Shown in pieces: positions 26,732 through 36,016 of a stretch of 64,000 nt of DNA (its first letter is position 1; each line of letters starts with the position of its first letter). Made by a program: the position numbers and the translations under genes. The notes beneath the pieces are model-generated. The model was not told the DNA's origin, ran no database searches, and saw only the letters and a list, made by a program, of their open reading frames with translations. Origin of the DNA: an uncultured Gammaproteobacteria bacterium (GTDB taxonomy: Bacteria > Patescibacteriota > Microgenomatia > Levybacterales > UBA12049); NCBI GenBank assembly GCA_964637955.1, contig CAZWXQ010000005.1:18993-82992 (forward strand), given 5' to 3'.

Positions 26732-28140
26732 TTAGTTTCTTAAAAAAATATTGGCAAGAGATATGCTTAGTACTTGCTTCAATTACTTATTTTTTTTATT
26801 TTTCAATCGCAAGCATTCTTAAATATAATAATTTCTACACAGGTCGATTTGACTTGGGAAACATGACCCAAACTGTCTGGAATACAAAACATGGAGACTT
26901 CTTCATGCTCACAAATCCCAATGGCACTAATGAAGTTAGCAGATTAGCATTTCATGCAGATTTTATCTTGGCTTTTTTTGCTCCGTTTTATTTTCTTTGG
27001 GAAGATCCAAGGCTTTTACTTATTATTCAATCAGGAATCTTGGCATTAGGGGGAATTTTTGTTTTCCTAATTGCAAACGAAGTTTTAAAAAATAAAACAA
27101 TCTCACTTGTTCTTTCAATTTGTTTTTTCCTAAATCCGGCAGTAAATTACACAAATCTTTTTGATTTCCATTCTGTAACTTTAGCAACAACATTTCTCTT
27201 GGCTGCGTTTTATTTCATCCTTAAAAAGAAATGGTTCTTAGTTGTTTTATTTTTATTTCTCGCAGGAATCACAAAAGAACAAGTTTGGGGAATAACATTT
27301 ATATTTGGCCTTTATCTTATTTTTATAAGCAAACAAAAACTATTAGGCATAGTTATTTCAATTCTTTCGCTTTCAACTTTTTATATTTTATTCTGGCATG
27401 CAATTCCATACGCAGCCAAAGATCAACACTTTGCACTCGAATTTTATTCTGATTACGGAAATTCACCGGGAGAAATTATAAAAAATATATTACTAAATCC
27501 TATCGAAGCCACTAAAACGCTAATTCATCCAGACAGAATAATTTATCTTAAACAATTATTTATTCCTCTTGGATACTTATCAATATTTTTCTTTCCATTT
27601 CTAATTTTCGCTTCTCCTGATTTATTTATAAATCTGATGAGCGCCTCTCCTCAAATGCACCAAATATATTATCAATACTCATCTACTGTGACTCCTTTTA
27701 TTTTTATTGCTGCGATTTATGGAATTAGATTTTTAATTAAGAAAATTCCTGAAATATCATTTAATCTAATTTCAGTTTCAGTTTTAATTTTTTCATTAAC
27801 CTCAGCATATAATTATGGTCCACTTATCTTTGCCAAAAAACCAAATGACTCCTGGTACAAAAAACCGCTTGCAAACAAGCAGATAGTAAATAATTATCTA
27901 AATTCAATTTCCCAAGATGTAAAAATCTCTGCATCAAATGATTTAGGCTCACACTTATCTCACAGAAAAGATATTTACGTTATGCCACTTGGTCTTGAAA
28001 AAGCTGACCTAGCAATGCTTCTCATGCATAACTCAAATGATCAAGAAAGGCAAAATCTTGAAGAAATGAAAGTTAACCCAAATTTTACTCTTGTTTTTAA
28101 CGACGGAGAATTTTATGTGTTTAAAAGAATTACTCCTTAA
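26707..28140 (+). CDS. DUF2079 membrane protein (GT-C-like)
   Basis: FDLGNMTQTVWN, NLFDFHSVT, TKEQ, YYQYSS motifs; multi-TM. Confidence 0.85.
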   Translation: MEKESNKIISFLKKYWQEICLVLASITYFFYFSIASILKYNNFYTGRFDLGNMTQTVWNTKHGDFFMLTNPNGTNEVSRLAFHADFILAFFAPFYFLWEDPRLLLIIQSGILALGGIFVFLIANEVLKNKTISLVLSICFFLNPAVNYTNLFDFHSVTLATTFLLAAFYFILKKKWFLVVLFLFLAGITKEQVWGITFIFGLYLIFISKQKLLGIVISILSLSTFYILFWHAIPYAAKDQHFALEFYSDYGNSPGEIIKNILLNPIEATKTLIHPDRIIYLKQLFIPLGYLSIFFFPFLIFASPDLFINLMSASPQMHQIYYQYSSTVTPFIFIAAIYGIRFLIKKIPEISFNLISVSVLIFSLTSAYNYGPLIFAKKPNDSWYKKPLANKQIVNNYLNSISQDVKISASNDLGSHLSHRKDIYVMPLGLEKADLAMLLMHNSNDQERQNLEEMKVNPNFTLVFNDGEFYVFKRITP

Positions 28141-28154
28141 TATATTATTAATTA

Positions 28155-28964
28155 ATGATAAATGTTATAAAAGCTGATGGAAATCTAGAGCCATTCAGTG
28201 AAGAAAAGGTAATTGACTCAATAAGACGCGCAGGAATTCCCAAATCTATAGAATCACAAGTCTTGAGCCACATTCAAGGAAGACTTTATGAAAATATTCC
28301 TACTTCTGAAATCTATAGACATATTGAAGAATTTTTAGCCAATACTCATAACGATTATCCAAGAAGTAAATATTCTTTAAAAAAAGCAATTATGGAACTT
28401 GGGCCAACTGGCTTTCCATTTGAGATGTTCATTTCTTATTACCTTAAAGCTGAAGGTTATAAAACGGAGGTAGGTCAAATTCTTTTAGGCAAATGTGTAA
28501 AACACGAAGTGGATGTAATTGCTTCAAAGGGTAACGAGAAGATTATGGTAGAGTGTAAATTTCACAATAGACTTGGCGTCAGGTCTGATCTTCATGTAGC
28601 GCTCTACACAAAAGCACGCTTTGACGACCTTAAAGAAAAACATGGATTCACAAAAGCTATGATCGTAACAAATACTAAAGTCACTCTAGATGCTCTTGCA
28701 TATGCTAACTGTGAAAACGTAAAAGTCCTTTCATGGAGCTATCCAGATCGTGAAAGCTTAAGAGATCTGGCTGAAAAACATAAACTTTACCCTATTACTC
28801 AACTTTCGTTTTTGTCTCTTAATCAAAAACAGGAACTTTTGGCTCGTGACGTAGTTCTTATTAGCCAGATCTGTAAAAATCCTGCGGTTCTTAATCAAAC
28901 CTCAATTCCTGAAGACAAAAAAAGAGAAGTTATTAAAGAGGCAAACGAAATCTGCACACTATAA
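28155..28964 (+). CDS. ATP-cone domain plus Mrr-like PD-(D/E)XK restriction endonuclease domain
   Basis: N-terminal VIKADGNLEPFSEEK ATP cone, then GFPFE...HEVDVIA...VECKFH. Confidence 0.85.
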   Translation: MINVIKADGNLEPFSEEKVIDSIRRAGIPKSIESQVLSHIQGRLYENIPTSEIYRHIEEFLANTHNDYPRSKYSLKKAIMELGPTGFPFEMFISYYLKAEGYKTEVGQILLGKCVKHEVDVIASKGNEKIMVECKFHNRLGVRSDLHVALYTKARFDDLKEKHGFTKAMIVTNTKVTLDALAYANCENVKVLSWSYPDRESLRDLAEKHKLYPITQLSFLSLNQKQELLARDVVLISQICKNPAVLNQTSIPEDKKREVIKEANEICTL

Positions 28965-29531
28965 ATCGTTCGGGAATCTTCTAGTTAAATTGGCAACATT
29001 TGCTATTCCTTCAAAAGTCATCTGTAATATATCTTGATCATTTAATGAACCTAATCCTTGAGCCTGAAGGCCAATATATCTATAAAAAGCTTGGGTTTTA
29101 ATGTAATCTTCTCTTGGTAAACCATTTATGCTATCAAGACCTAAATCTCTATCTATTTCATAAGCTCTCATAAATGCGGCTTTTCGACTCGTAGGCTCAA
29201 TGTATTTAAGATGTTTTCCGGAGGAACCAAAAAAATATTCAGAGCCGACCATCATTAATGGATAATATTCTCCTTTATAGATATTTCCAATTGTTAGTCC
29301 TTCAAGGGTTTTAAGAAATTGCTCTTTTAGCATAAACAAATCCCTCAACTCTTCTTGTGTAGGAACAAGAACTTCTATAGTTTGGTCTTCATTTTCTCCT
29401 ACTATTTGATGCATCAAAAAATTATAACCCAAAGAATGAGCTGCGGTATAAAATAAATGTGAAGGCATAAGAGGGCTTGACCTATATTTATCAAGCCTAA
29501 GCCCTGGCAATTGCCCTTCTGCCTCTATCAT
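28959..29531 (-). CDS. Hypothetical protein
   Basis: 190-aa ORF with TATAAT just upstream, at the dinB stop. Confidence 0.6.
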   Translation of the reverse strand: MIEAEGQLPGLRLDKYRSSPLMPSHLFYTAAHSLGYNFLMHQIVGENEDQTIEVLVPTQEELRDLFMLKEQFLKTLEGLTIGNIYKGEYYPLMMVGSEYFFGSSGKHLKYIEPTSRKAAFMRAYEIDRDLGLDSINGLPREDYIKTQAFYRYIGLQAQGLGSLNDQDILQMTFEGIANVANLTRRFPNDL

Positions 29532-29540
29532 GATGTAGGA

Positions 29541-30794
29541 TTATACCACGCTTCCGACCAATTTCTGTCTTTCAAATTTATCAGCCATATAACCATTTGG
29601 CACAGTTTTTAGATTTGGGCCGTTTAATACAAAGCCATTCCGAATAGTGTGATCACCAAACTTTTCATTTATATGGTCTATCACATTTTGTATTTTGTTG
29701 TTTTTTGGCTGATCAAAAAGAGAGAGAGTAACGCTGCCCGAATCTTCAAGATTTCCTGTCCAAATACTAATTTGTCGAACCATTGACTGACTTCCTGGAA
29801 GCTTTGCCAAGCCCCACTCATCATATAAAAGTTTACAAATCCTAAATATATCCACTCCTTGATCGATATAAGCAGTCGTGGTCTTTCTACCGTGATATGT
29901 ATTTTCTCCCCCAAGATAAAATCCGACCGTTCTTGCTTTTTTATTTATTCTTCGAAGCTTTATTCCTACTTCTTCACATAATTCAAATACATTTTGAAGA
30001 ATCACATGCTGATCATATTCATTTTTTGGCATACAATAATTCCTGCCAACTGATTTTGTTTCACTTGGTATGTAGTAGGGAATAACTTCACGATCATCTT
30101 TGGCAAGCCCTAAATTTTTAAGAAAGTGCCCCTCTACATCTTTAAACTCATATATTAAAACGTCAAGACTAGCTGCCCTAAGCTGAAGGGGAGTATATAT
30201 GCCAATTTTATTAAGTCTTTTTTCAATTCTCTCTCCAATTCCACAAAAATCAGTAAGCTTAGTCTTGGAATATACTTTCTCCACTTCCTCTGGATTAATC
30301 TCTACGAATCCATTTGGCTTATCCATCCCTGAAGCAAGCTTCGCAAGAAGCTTATTATGACTAAGTCCTACCGACACCGTAACGTACTCTCCAATTTCAT
30401 CATTTATTCTAGTCTTAATTTTTTCAATTAACTTATACCTGTCCCCGAATAAATTTTCAGTTGCTGTAATATCCATAAAAACTTCATCAAGAGAAAATAG
30501 CTCAACATATGGCGAATAATCTTTACATATATTTAAAAACTTTTGAGTAAGTTCCCAGTATCTCTCAAAACTCGCTCTTACGGTAATAATCTGGGGACAA
30601 AGCTTTTGAGCCTCCCAAACCCGTGTCACAGATTTTACTCCCATCTTTTTAGCTTCTCTTGAAGCAGCAATAATACAAGTTCTTCCATTTGCAGCAGTAA
30701 CTCCAATAGGTTTTCCACGAAGAAGGGGATTAAACTGCTGTTCACAAGAAGCAAAATATGAATCAAAATCTATATGTAAAATTACACGTTTCAT
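29541..30794 (-). CDS. dinB: DNA polymerase IV (Y family)
   Basis: HIDFDSYFASCE, ASREAK, SLDEVFMD, NKLLAKLAS, KPNG, GIGE motifs. Confidence 0.92.
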   Translation of the reverse strand: MKRVILHIDFDSYFASCEQQFNPLLRGKPIGVTAANGRTCIIAASREAKKMGVKSVTRVWEAQKLCPQIITVRASFERYWELTQKFLNICKDYSPYVELFSLDEVFMDITATENLFGDRYKLIEKIKTRINDEIGEYVTVSVGLSHNKLLAKLASGMDKPNGFVEINPEEVEKVYSKTKLTDFCGIGERIEKRLNKIGIYTPLQLRAASLDVLIYEFKDVEGHFLKNLGLAKDDREVIPYYIPSETKSVGRNYCMPKNEYDQHVILQNVFELCEEVGIKLRRINKKARTVGFYLGGENTYHGRKTTTAYIDQGVDIFRICKLLYDEWGLAKLPGSQSMVRQISIWTGNLEDSGSVTLSLFDQPKNNKIQNVIDHINEKFGDHTIRNGFVLNGPNLKTVPNGYMADKFERQKLVGSVV

Positions 30795-30851
30795 AAGCTA
30801 ATTTTTAAAATTTAATATTTAGATTTTATTGAAAATTTTAAATTGAAAATT

Positions 30852-30935
30852 TCATGCTAGTATCCAGAACAAATACATTCGGAGAATCTTTTCGGGGAAT
30901 TTTAAAAGTTTTAAATTTAAACTTTTGGGCAGCAT
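30852..30935 (-). CDS. Putative 27-aa leader peptide upstream of dinB
   Basis: MLPKSLNLKLLKFPEKILRMYLFWILA*. A -10-like TATATT lies 6 nt before the ATG. Confidence 0.35.
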   Translation of the reverse strand: MLPKSLNLKLLKFPEKILRMYLFWILA

Positions 30936-30937
30936 TA

Positions 30938-31008
30938 GAATAATATACGTGAATAATACTAGAATGTAAATAGAATAAAACACGAACATATTAGAACCAA
31001 AATAGATC
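30938..31008 (-). promoter_or_regulatory. Array of GAAY direct repeats at ~11-bp spacing over the dinB promoter (candidate LexA-type operator)
   Basis: GAAT/GAAC/GATC at 30938, 30951, 30962, 30973, 30984, 30994, 31005. Confidence 0.55.
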
Positions 31009-31042
31009 ATTTTTAAAAATCCAAAATATATATAATAAATTC

Positions 31043-32617
31043 ATGAAGAAAGTAAAAATGCTTATACTACAAAACAAACTTCTTATTCTCCTGCTTCTTA
31101 CTTACTCGTTTTTATTTACATTTTTTATTTATTTCTACTATCAAAGGCTGGGGGCTTTTGGGTGCTTCGATGACTGTTTTTATTATATGGGTGGATATTT
31201 TCTTCTCAAAGGAGAAAGAATTTATACTGACTTTTTCTTTAACCACAGTTTTTTAGTGCCAGTTATTAGTTTTCTAATCCAAAAAATCACTCACCCCACA
31301 GAACTTTATACCTTTATCCTTTTTCATAAACTTTTTATATATTTATTTTCATTTTTATTTGGATTAATCCTAATCTTTAGATTCAAAACTCAAGCATTTC
31401 TAACATTAATTTTTTACGAATTAACTAAATTTTTTACATTCGGAGATAGATTCCTCGGAGAAAGCCTAGTAGTTTATCCTGTGCTATATTTACTTGGAAT
31501 TTCCTGGGAAAAAATCCATGCAAAGAAACTTCATAGATTTGACTACTTGTTGTCAGGAATTTTTGTTTACTTTATTATATTCGCAAGAGAACCTTACGTA
31601 CCGTTAGCTTTATTCTTATTTCTAGTAATTCTCTGGGGCAAAAAAGACATTAAGCTTAAAAAATATGCTGTGATAAGCTTCCTTACTCCAGCAATTGTTT
31701 CATTCATTTTAATTTCGCCAAAAGATTTTTTTACTAACGTTTTTACACTTAACAAATCACAAATTGAAACAGAATCATCAAAAAATGGCGGAATCCTAGG
31801 AGTACTCATATATCCCCTGAGAATTTATATTGAAGGCTTTTGGAATCTTTTCAGGCAAATCACCATCTTTTTTATGTCAGCTTTTTTAATTTCAGGTATT
31901 TATTACTCTTTGAAGTTAAGAAGATTGGGGTTTATTATTTTACTTATTGCGCTGAGCCTTGCTGCAGTAAGACCAGAGATTCCTGGCACTATTTTTTACA
32001 AGGCATATCACATGAATATTTGGTATGCAGTCCTATTATTTTCTACATTTTTAGTTATTTTTGAAATATTAAAATTAAAAGCTACTAAATTCAAAATCGT
32101 AATATTATTGCCATTTTTTCTTTTATTTGCATATATATTTACTTCTCCAAACCTGATTATTAATGAAAAAATAAACAAGATTGAAGAATATAATTTTGGC
32201 TATTCTGGATATTATGTTTATGGAAATGCTATTAAAAATTTATCTAGCGACAATGACACGATATTCGTAGAAGAAAAGGATGAATTAATTAATGTACTCT
32301 CAAATCTAAAATCTTCTTATAAATATAATGGATATACCTCTTTTATGCCTTTGATTGATGTGTATAGAGATGAAAGACTTAATATGTTTAAGAATGCTCC
32401 TCCAGATTTTTACTATGACGCCTGCTATCAACTTGATAAAACACACAGAGCTTATACTCCAAACATTGAAAAAAACTTTACAAGAATATATATATTCAAT
32501 AAACCATCCTGTTTACTTATTAACAACAAAAAAATTAACAATATAACTGATGAGAAATGGAAGAAAATTAAAAACTTAGGCTTTCAAAAGCCTGAAAAAA
32601 CTAAACAGCAATATTAA
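31043..32617 (+). CDS. GT-C fold membrane glycosyltransferase (ArnT/PMT-like)
   Basis: FDDCFYYMGGYFLLKGERIYTDFFFNH first loop, many TMs, and a C-terminal PPDF soluble domain. Confidence 0.7.
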   Translation: MKKVKMLILQNKLLILLLLTYSFLFTFFIYFYYQRLGAFGCFDDCFYYMGGYFLLKGERIYTDFFFNHSFLVPVISFLIQKITHPTELYTFILFHKLFIYLFSFLFGLILIFRFKTQAFLTLIFYELTKFFTFGDRFLGESLVVYPVLYLLGISWEKIHAKKLHRFDYLLSGIFVYFIIFAREPYVPLALFLFLVILWGKKDIKLKKYAVISFLTPAIVSFILISPKDFFTNVFTLNKSQIETESSKNGGILGVLIYPLRIYIEGFWNLFRQITIFFMSAFLISGIYYSLKLRRLGFIILLIALSLAAVRPEIPGTIFYKAYHMNIWYAVLLFSTFLVIFEILKLKATKFKIVILLPFFLLFAYIFTSPNLIINEKINKIEEYNFGYSGYYVYGNAIKNLSSDNDTIFVEEKDELINVLSNLKSSYKYNGYTSFMPLIDVYRDERLNMFKNAPPDFYYDACYQLDKTHRAYTPNIEKNFTRIYIFNKPSCLLINNKKINNITDEKWKKIKNLGFQKPEKTKQQY

Positions 32618-32747
32618 AATAACCCAAAATAATATTAAATATAAGCCTTGGACCTTTAAATACAACCGTAAATAAAATTAATAAACCAATGAGCCCCACA
32701 GCTATCATCAAGAGCTCAAACAAATGCTCTTTAGTTTTCTCATCCAT
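32601..32747 (-). CDS. Small membrane protein (48 aa), not in the ORF track
   Basis: MDEKTKEHLFELLMIAVGLIGLLILFTVVFKGPRLIFNIILGYFNIAV*. A -10-like TAATAT lies 6 nt before the ATG. Confidence 0.55.
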   Translation of the reverse strand: MDEKTKEHLFELLMIAVGLIGLLILFTVVFKGPRLIFNIILGYFNIAV

Positions 32748-32849
32748 AATTAAATATTAACATAAAACTTTAGAGATTATGAGCAAAATTGCTTGACTCT
32801 TAAATTTGCAAAGATATATCAATCTGGTACAATTTTTATAAGACCTGCC

Positions 32850-33719
32850 ATGAAACAAAATAATAATTACAAGTTCCTCGCAGACAAATGGACGACTAAG
32901 CATCAAGATCTCTCAAAACAAATTGCTAAAAAACACAAGAAATCTTTCTCTTGGTTATCTGAAAATTCTAAGCAACTGGCAGTTGGTTCTTTAAGTGGCC
33001 TTTTACTTCTTACAGCACCTATTAAAGCCCCTACACAAGGCGCTATCGCAAGCGAGCAAGCTCAAAAAATTGATAATAAAACTTTTCTCATTGCAGACCT
33101 GGCAGGAAGCGTTCCCGACGAAGTTAGACCTCTGACCCAAGATGAAGAAACAAAGATAGGCGAATTATTAACAAGAAGCTACGGAATAAATGCGGCAGCA
33201 CAGCTTGATGGAAAAAGACTTAATAGAAGCTATGGCCTAATTGGAGCAGAACAACATTTGGCAAGATATCCGGGAGACACAATAGGTAGTCATTTTGATG
33301 GAAACATGGAAGATGATTCGAAATATCACTCTTCAGGTATGGCTCCTGGACTTGGAGCTTGGGGATATTTTGCCACTTCAAGAGCTGCAATGACGAAGGA
33401 AGATGATATGAGAGAAAAATACTATTTAGCAGTTCAAACTTTCCTTATACCGGACTATAACGAAAGAGTTGGCGAATATAGAGATTTTTTTAGATTTAGA
33501 AAAATGCTAGTAGTAAATCCTCAAAACGGAAAAGCCGTCGTTGCGGTAATTGGAGACTCAGGACCAGCTGAGTGGACAGGAAAACATCTAGGAGGCTCTC
33601 CTGAGGTCATGAAGCACTTGGAAAGAGTAGATGGACGTTCCCGTGGGCCTGTACTATACTTTTTCATAGATGATCCAAATGATGAAGTCCCTTTAGGACC
33701 AATTGAACCAAAACCATAA
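32850..33719 (+). CDS. Membrane-anchored protein with a C-terminal RlpA/DPBB-like motif
   Basis: VVNPQNGKAVVAVIGDSGP resembles the RlpA pattern VTNxxNGKSVVVRINDRGP. Confidence 0.55.
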   Translation: MKQNNNYKFLADKWTTKHQDLSKQIAKKHKKSFSWLSENSKQLAVGSLSGLLLLTAPIKAPTQGAIASEQAQKIDNKTFLIADLAGSVPDEVRPLTQDEETKIGELLTRSYGINAAAQLDGKRLNRSYGLIGAEQHLARYPGDTIGSHFDGNMEDDSKYHSSGMAPGLGAWGYFATSRAAMTKEDDMREKYYLAVQTFLIPDYNERVGEYRDFFRFRKMLVVNPQNGKAVVAVIGDSGPAEWTGKHLGGSPEVMKHLERVDGRSRGPVLYFFIDDPNDEVPLGPIEPKP

Positions 33720-33720
33720 T

Positions 33721-34047
33721 ATGAAAAAATATTTTTATCATAGCGTAGTTGAAACATCTTCCATAAGCCTTGCCATAGCTGATATGGATATGAGTAAGGA
33801 TGAAAGAAAGCATCTTATTTCCCTTGTGGAAGAAAACCTTCATCATGCAATTTTAGATTCTGTTCTTTCTGAATTATCAGATAAAGATAAACAAGAATTT
33901 GTAGAGCTTTTTGCAGAAGGAAAAGACGAAGAAGTTTGGAAACTTCTTAAAGACAGAACAGATAACATTGAAGATAAAATTAAAAAAACAGCGGATGATT
34001 TAAAGAAAGAGCTTCACAGGGATATTGAAGACAGTAAGAAGAAATAA
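33721..34047 (+). CDS. Conserved hypothetical helical protein
   Basis: Tightly coupled to its neighbours (TAATATG and TAATG junctions). Confidence 0.7.
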   Translation: MKKYFYHSVVETSSISLAIADMDMSKDERKHLISLVEENLHHAILDSVLSELSDKDKQEFVELFAEGKDEEVWKLLKDRTDNIEDKIKKTADDLKKELHRDIEDSKKK

Positions 34048-35246
34048 TGGTTTCAAAACTAACTGCCAAAATTCACAAAATTCATCCGGGAATTGTTCCT
34101 GTCTCTGCTGTGGTCATTGGAATTACTGCAATATTTATTTTCGGCTTTGCTGCAAATAATTACATCAAGAGTTCAAATTATCAGATAAACAGACTAAATG
34201 AAGCTAATAAAAAGATAAATAAAGAGCTCAAAGATTTTAAAAGCACTGATCAAGTCAAAAGAAATGACGAATTAGAAACAAACATTAAAAACATAGAAAA
34301 AACGTATTCAGAGAGTACAAAAGTATATGAAAATATCATTAATATGCGTGATCAAAAAAGAGATACAAAAGAATATGAAAAACTGTTTGTAGTAGCTCTT
34401 GGACAATTATCAAAGCGTGAATATTCTTCAGCTTCATCCACTCTTACTCAAATCAACAAAACAATCGAAGCAGATAATGCAAAAATTGCCGCTGCCAAGA
34501 CATTTTCAAATGCAGTAGGTGATATTTCAAATGTGGCCGTAAATAACTCAGCACCAGGATCTGGATTTAGTAGGCAAAAAGTTCATACAGATTTTGGAGA
34601 TTTTCTTGTAGATATAGTCGCTGCTGATCTGGGATCGACTAGAGTAGTAGTTGACACTGCTTCTGATTCAGATTGCCGTGACAATTGCCCAGCTATGGCG
34701 CTTGGAGATTATGTAGGGCGAAGTGGAGCATATGCTGGCATTAATGGATCTTATTTTTGCCCGGCTACGTATCCATCTTGCGCAGGAAAAACAAATTCAT
34801 TTGATACTCTACTCATGAATAAAAATAAACATTATTTTAATTCTGACAATAATGTTTATTCGACAGTTCCAGCCGTTATTTTTCAAGGCGGTAGTGTCCG
34901 GTATGTTGGACAAAGCCTTGAATGGGGAAGAGATACAGGAGTAGATGGAGTAATTGCAAATCAGCCACTTTTGGTTTCAGGAGGAAACGTAGTCTTCGGT
35001 GGGGACGATGAAGTAAAAAGAGCTGGAGCAGGGAGCAGAAGTTTTGTTGGCTCCTCAGGTTCAACTGTTTACATCGGAGTTGTGCACGGCGTAAATGCAG
35101 CTCAAATGGCAAGAGTCTTAAAAACAATGGGAATACAAAATGCACTTAACCTAGACAGCGGTGGCTCAACTGCCCTCTGGAGCGGTGGATATAAAGTGGG
35201 GCCAGGTAGAGCAATTCCAAACGCTATATTGTTTATTAGAAAATAA
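34047..35246 (+). CDS. Phosphodiester glycosidase family (NAGPA/DUF2233) protein with TM and coiled coil
   Basis: AGINGSYF, RSFVG, ALNLDSGGSTAL, RAIPNAI motifs. Confidence 0.85.
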   Translation: MVSKLTAKIHKIHPGIVPVSAVVIGITAIFIFGFAANNYIKSSNYQINRLNEANKKINKELKDFKSTDQVKRNDELETNIKNIEKTYSESTKVYENIINMRDQKRDTKEYEKLFVVALGQLSKREYSSASSTLTQINKTIEADNAKIAAAKTFSNAVGDISNVAVNNSAPGSGFSRQKVHTDFGDFLVDIVAADLGSTRVVVDTASDSDCRDNCPAMALGDYVGRSGAYAGINGSYFCPATYPSCAGKTNSFDTLLMNKNKHYFNSDNNVYSTVPAVIFQGGSVRYVGQSLEWGRDTGVDGVIANQPLLVSGGNVVFGGDDEVKRAGAGSRSFVGSSGSTVYIGVVHGVNAAQMARVLKTMGIQNALNLDSGGSTALWSGGYKVGPGRAIPNAILFIRK

Positions 35247-35264
35247 CAGCTAAACTTAACATTA

Positions 35265-35960
35265 ATGAAACTTCCTCTTGGGATTGGTGTATTTACTTTC
35301 ACTCTTACTGCAATTGCAGTTATATTTTTTTTAACATTTATTCCTCAATATCAGAGTCAGCTTATTGATATTACTAAAACTTATCCATTCTTGGCTCCTT
35401 TTGTAATAATTTCATGGAGAATACTTGCAATTATTATTCCTCCACTTCCCGGAGGAGTTTTATCCTTTGCTTTTATTCCGATAATTGGATGGTTTTGGGC
35501 ATATGTTTATAGTGAAATAGGTGTTTTAATCGGCGCTACTTTGGCATTTTATATAGCTAGAAAATTTAGAGAGCCTGTTGCAAAAAGATTTGTTCCCATT
35601 AAGTCTCTTCACGAATGGGAAGAAAAATTGTCGAAAAAGAAAGAATTTTTTGCATTTCTAGGAGTAAGAATTGCGGCTTCATCCATGATGGATTTCGTGA
35701 GTTTTGCCGCAGGACTCAGTAAGCTTAGTTATAAAAAGTTTATATTAGCAACAATAATCGCAGAATTACCTCTTCTTGCTTGGTATTATTTCGGTGAAGT
35801 GGCATACAATCAATACGCACAAAAAAGCGGGATACTTAGTGGAATAATTTTAGTAATTGCAGTAATTGTGATTCTATACTTTGTGATGAATCATGGATAT
35901 TTGAAGAAAAAAACTACAGTCAAACACTTGATAAAAAAAGATGATAGTAAAGAAATGTAA
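35265..35960 (+). CDS. TVP38/TMEM64 (DedA/VTT) family membrane protein
   Basis: IIPPLPGG, GATLAFYIARKF, DFVSFAAGLS motifs. Confidence 0.85.
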   Translation: MKLPLGIGVFTFTLTAIAVIFFLTFIPQYQSQLIDITKTYPFLAPFVIISWRILAIIIPPLPGGVLSFAFIPIIGWFWAYVYSEIGVLIGATLAFYIARKFREPVAKRFVPIKSLHEWEEKLSKKKEFFAFLGVRIAASSMMDFVSFAAGLSKLSYKKFILATIIAELPLLAWYYFGEVAYNQYAQKSGILSGIILVIAVIVILYFVMNHGYLKKKTTVKHLIKKDDSKEM

Positions 35961-36016
35961 GAAATTCTTCATTTTGCTTGACAATTTTTTCAAATTTTTT
36001 AATATAAAAATGTATT

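Noticed and set aside
30797-30852. AT-rich quasi-repeats (aaaattt) upstream of dinB
   Set aside because: Low complexity, with no defined unit or clear function.
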